Both the position numbers and the translations under genes were made by a program. From contig NC_068983.1 of assembly GCF_001194135.2 (NCBI RefSeq), positions 69,698,450 to 69,748,213 of the forward strand: a stretch of DNA of 49,764 nucleotides, written 5' to 3'. Source of the stretch: Octopus bimaculoides. Taxonomy: Eukaryota. Of this stretch, positions 49,692-49,764 are shown piece after piece. The stretch's first letter is position 1. Each line of letters begins with the position of its first letter. The notes beneath the pieces were generated by a model. The model did no database searches, was not told where the DNA came from, and was given only the letters and a program-made list of their open reading frames with translations.

Positions 49692-49764
49692 GCATACATA
49701 CATATGTATGCATCTATGTTATCTCTCTTTGTCTACCTATATGTGTGTATAGTTACATCCAGTC

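Overview
AT-rich, microsatellite-dense animal genomic DNA from a draft short-read assembly. It has 15 N-gaps totalling about 6.5 kb (about 13%), and almost all are flanked by simple repeats. The SINE families and repeat texture match my recollection of Octopus sequence; that assignment is an inference, not a search result. I find no intact protein-coding gene, real tRNA/rRNA gene or CRISPR array, so the window reads as intergenic or intronic. The only recognisable protein homologies are decayed transposon fragments: a hAT (ZMYM1/TTF-zinc-finger type) transposase at 11885-13762 (+), an RTE-clade LINE reverse transcriptase piece at 26315-26712 (-) and a Helitron Pif1 helicase piece at 47243-47416 (-). 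The rest is tRNA-derived SINEs, non-autonomous DNA transposons with readable TIRs/TSDs, long hairpins, local duplications and micro/minisatellites. Four observations stand out. (1) A MITE family carries TTAGGG telomere-type repeats between long inverted arms, and one copy has a paralogous empty site 0.7 kb away. (2) SINEs repeatedly sit stacked at or inside the 5' head of older SINEs of the same superfamily. (3) Two identical SINE halves share one TSD in swapped order, which points to a scaffolding error or a recent tandem duplication. (4) A non-autonomous Helitron retains helicase remnants. I see no evidence of a new multi-gene biological system here; the findings are at the level of transposon biology and assembly structure.
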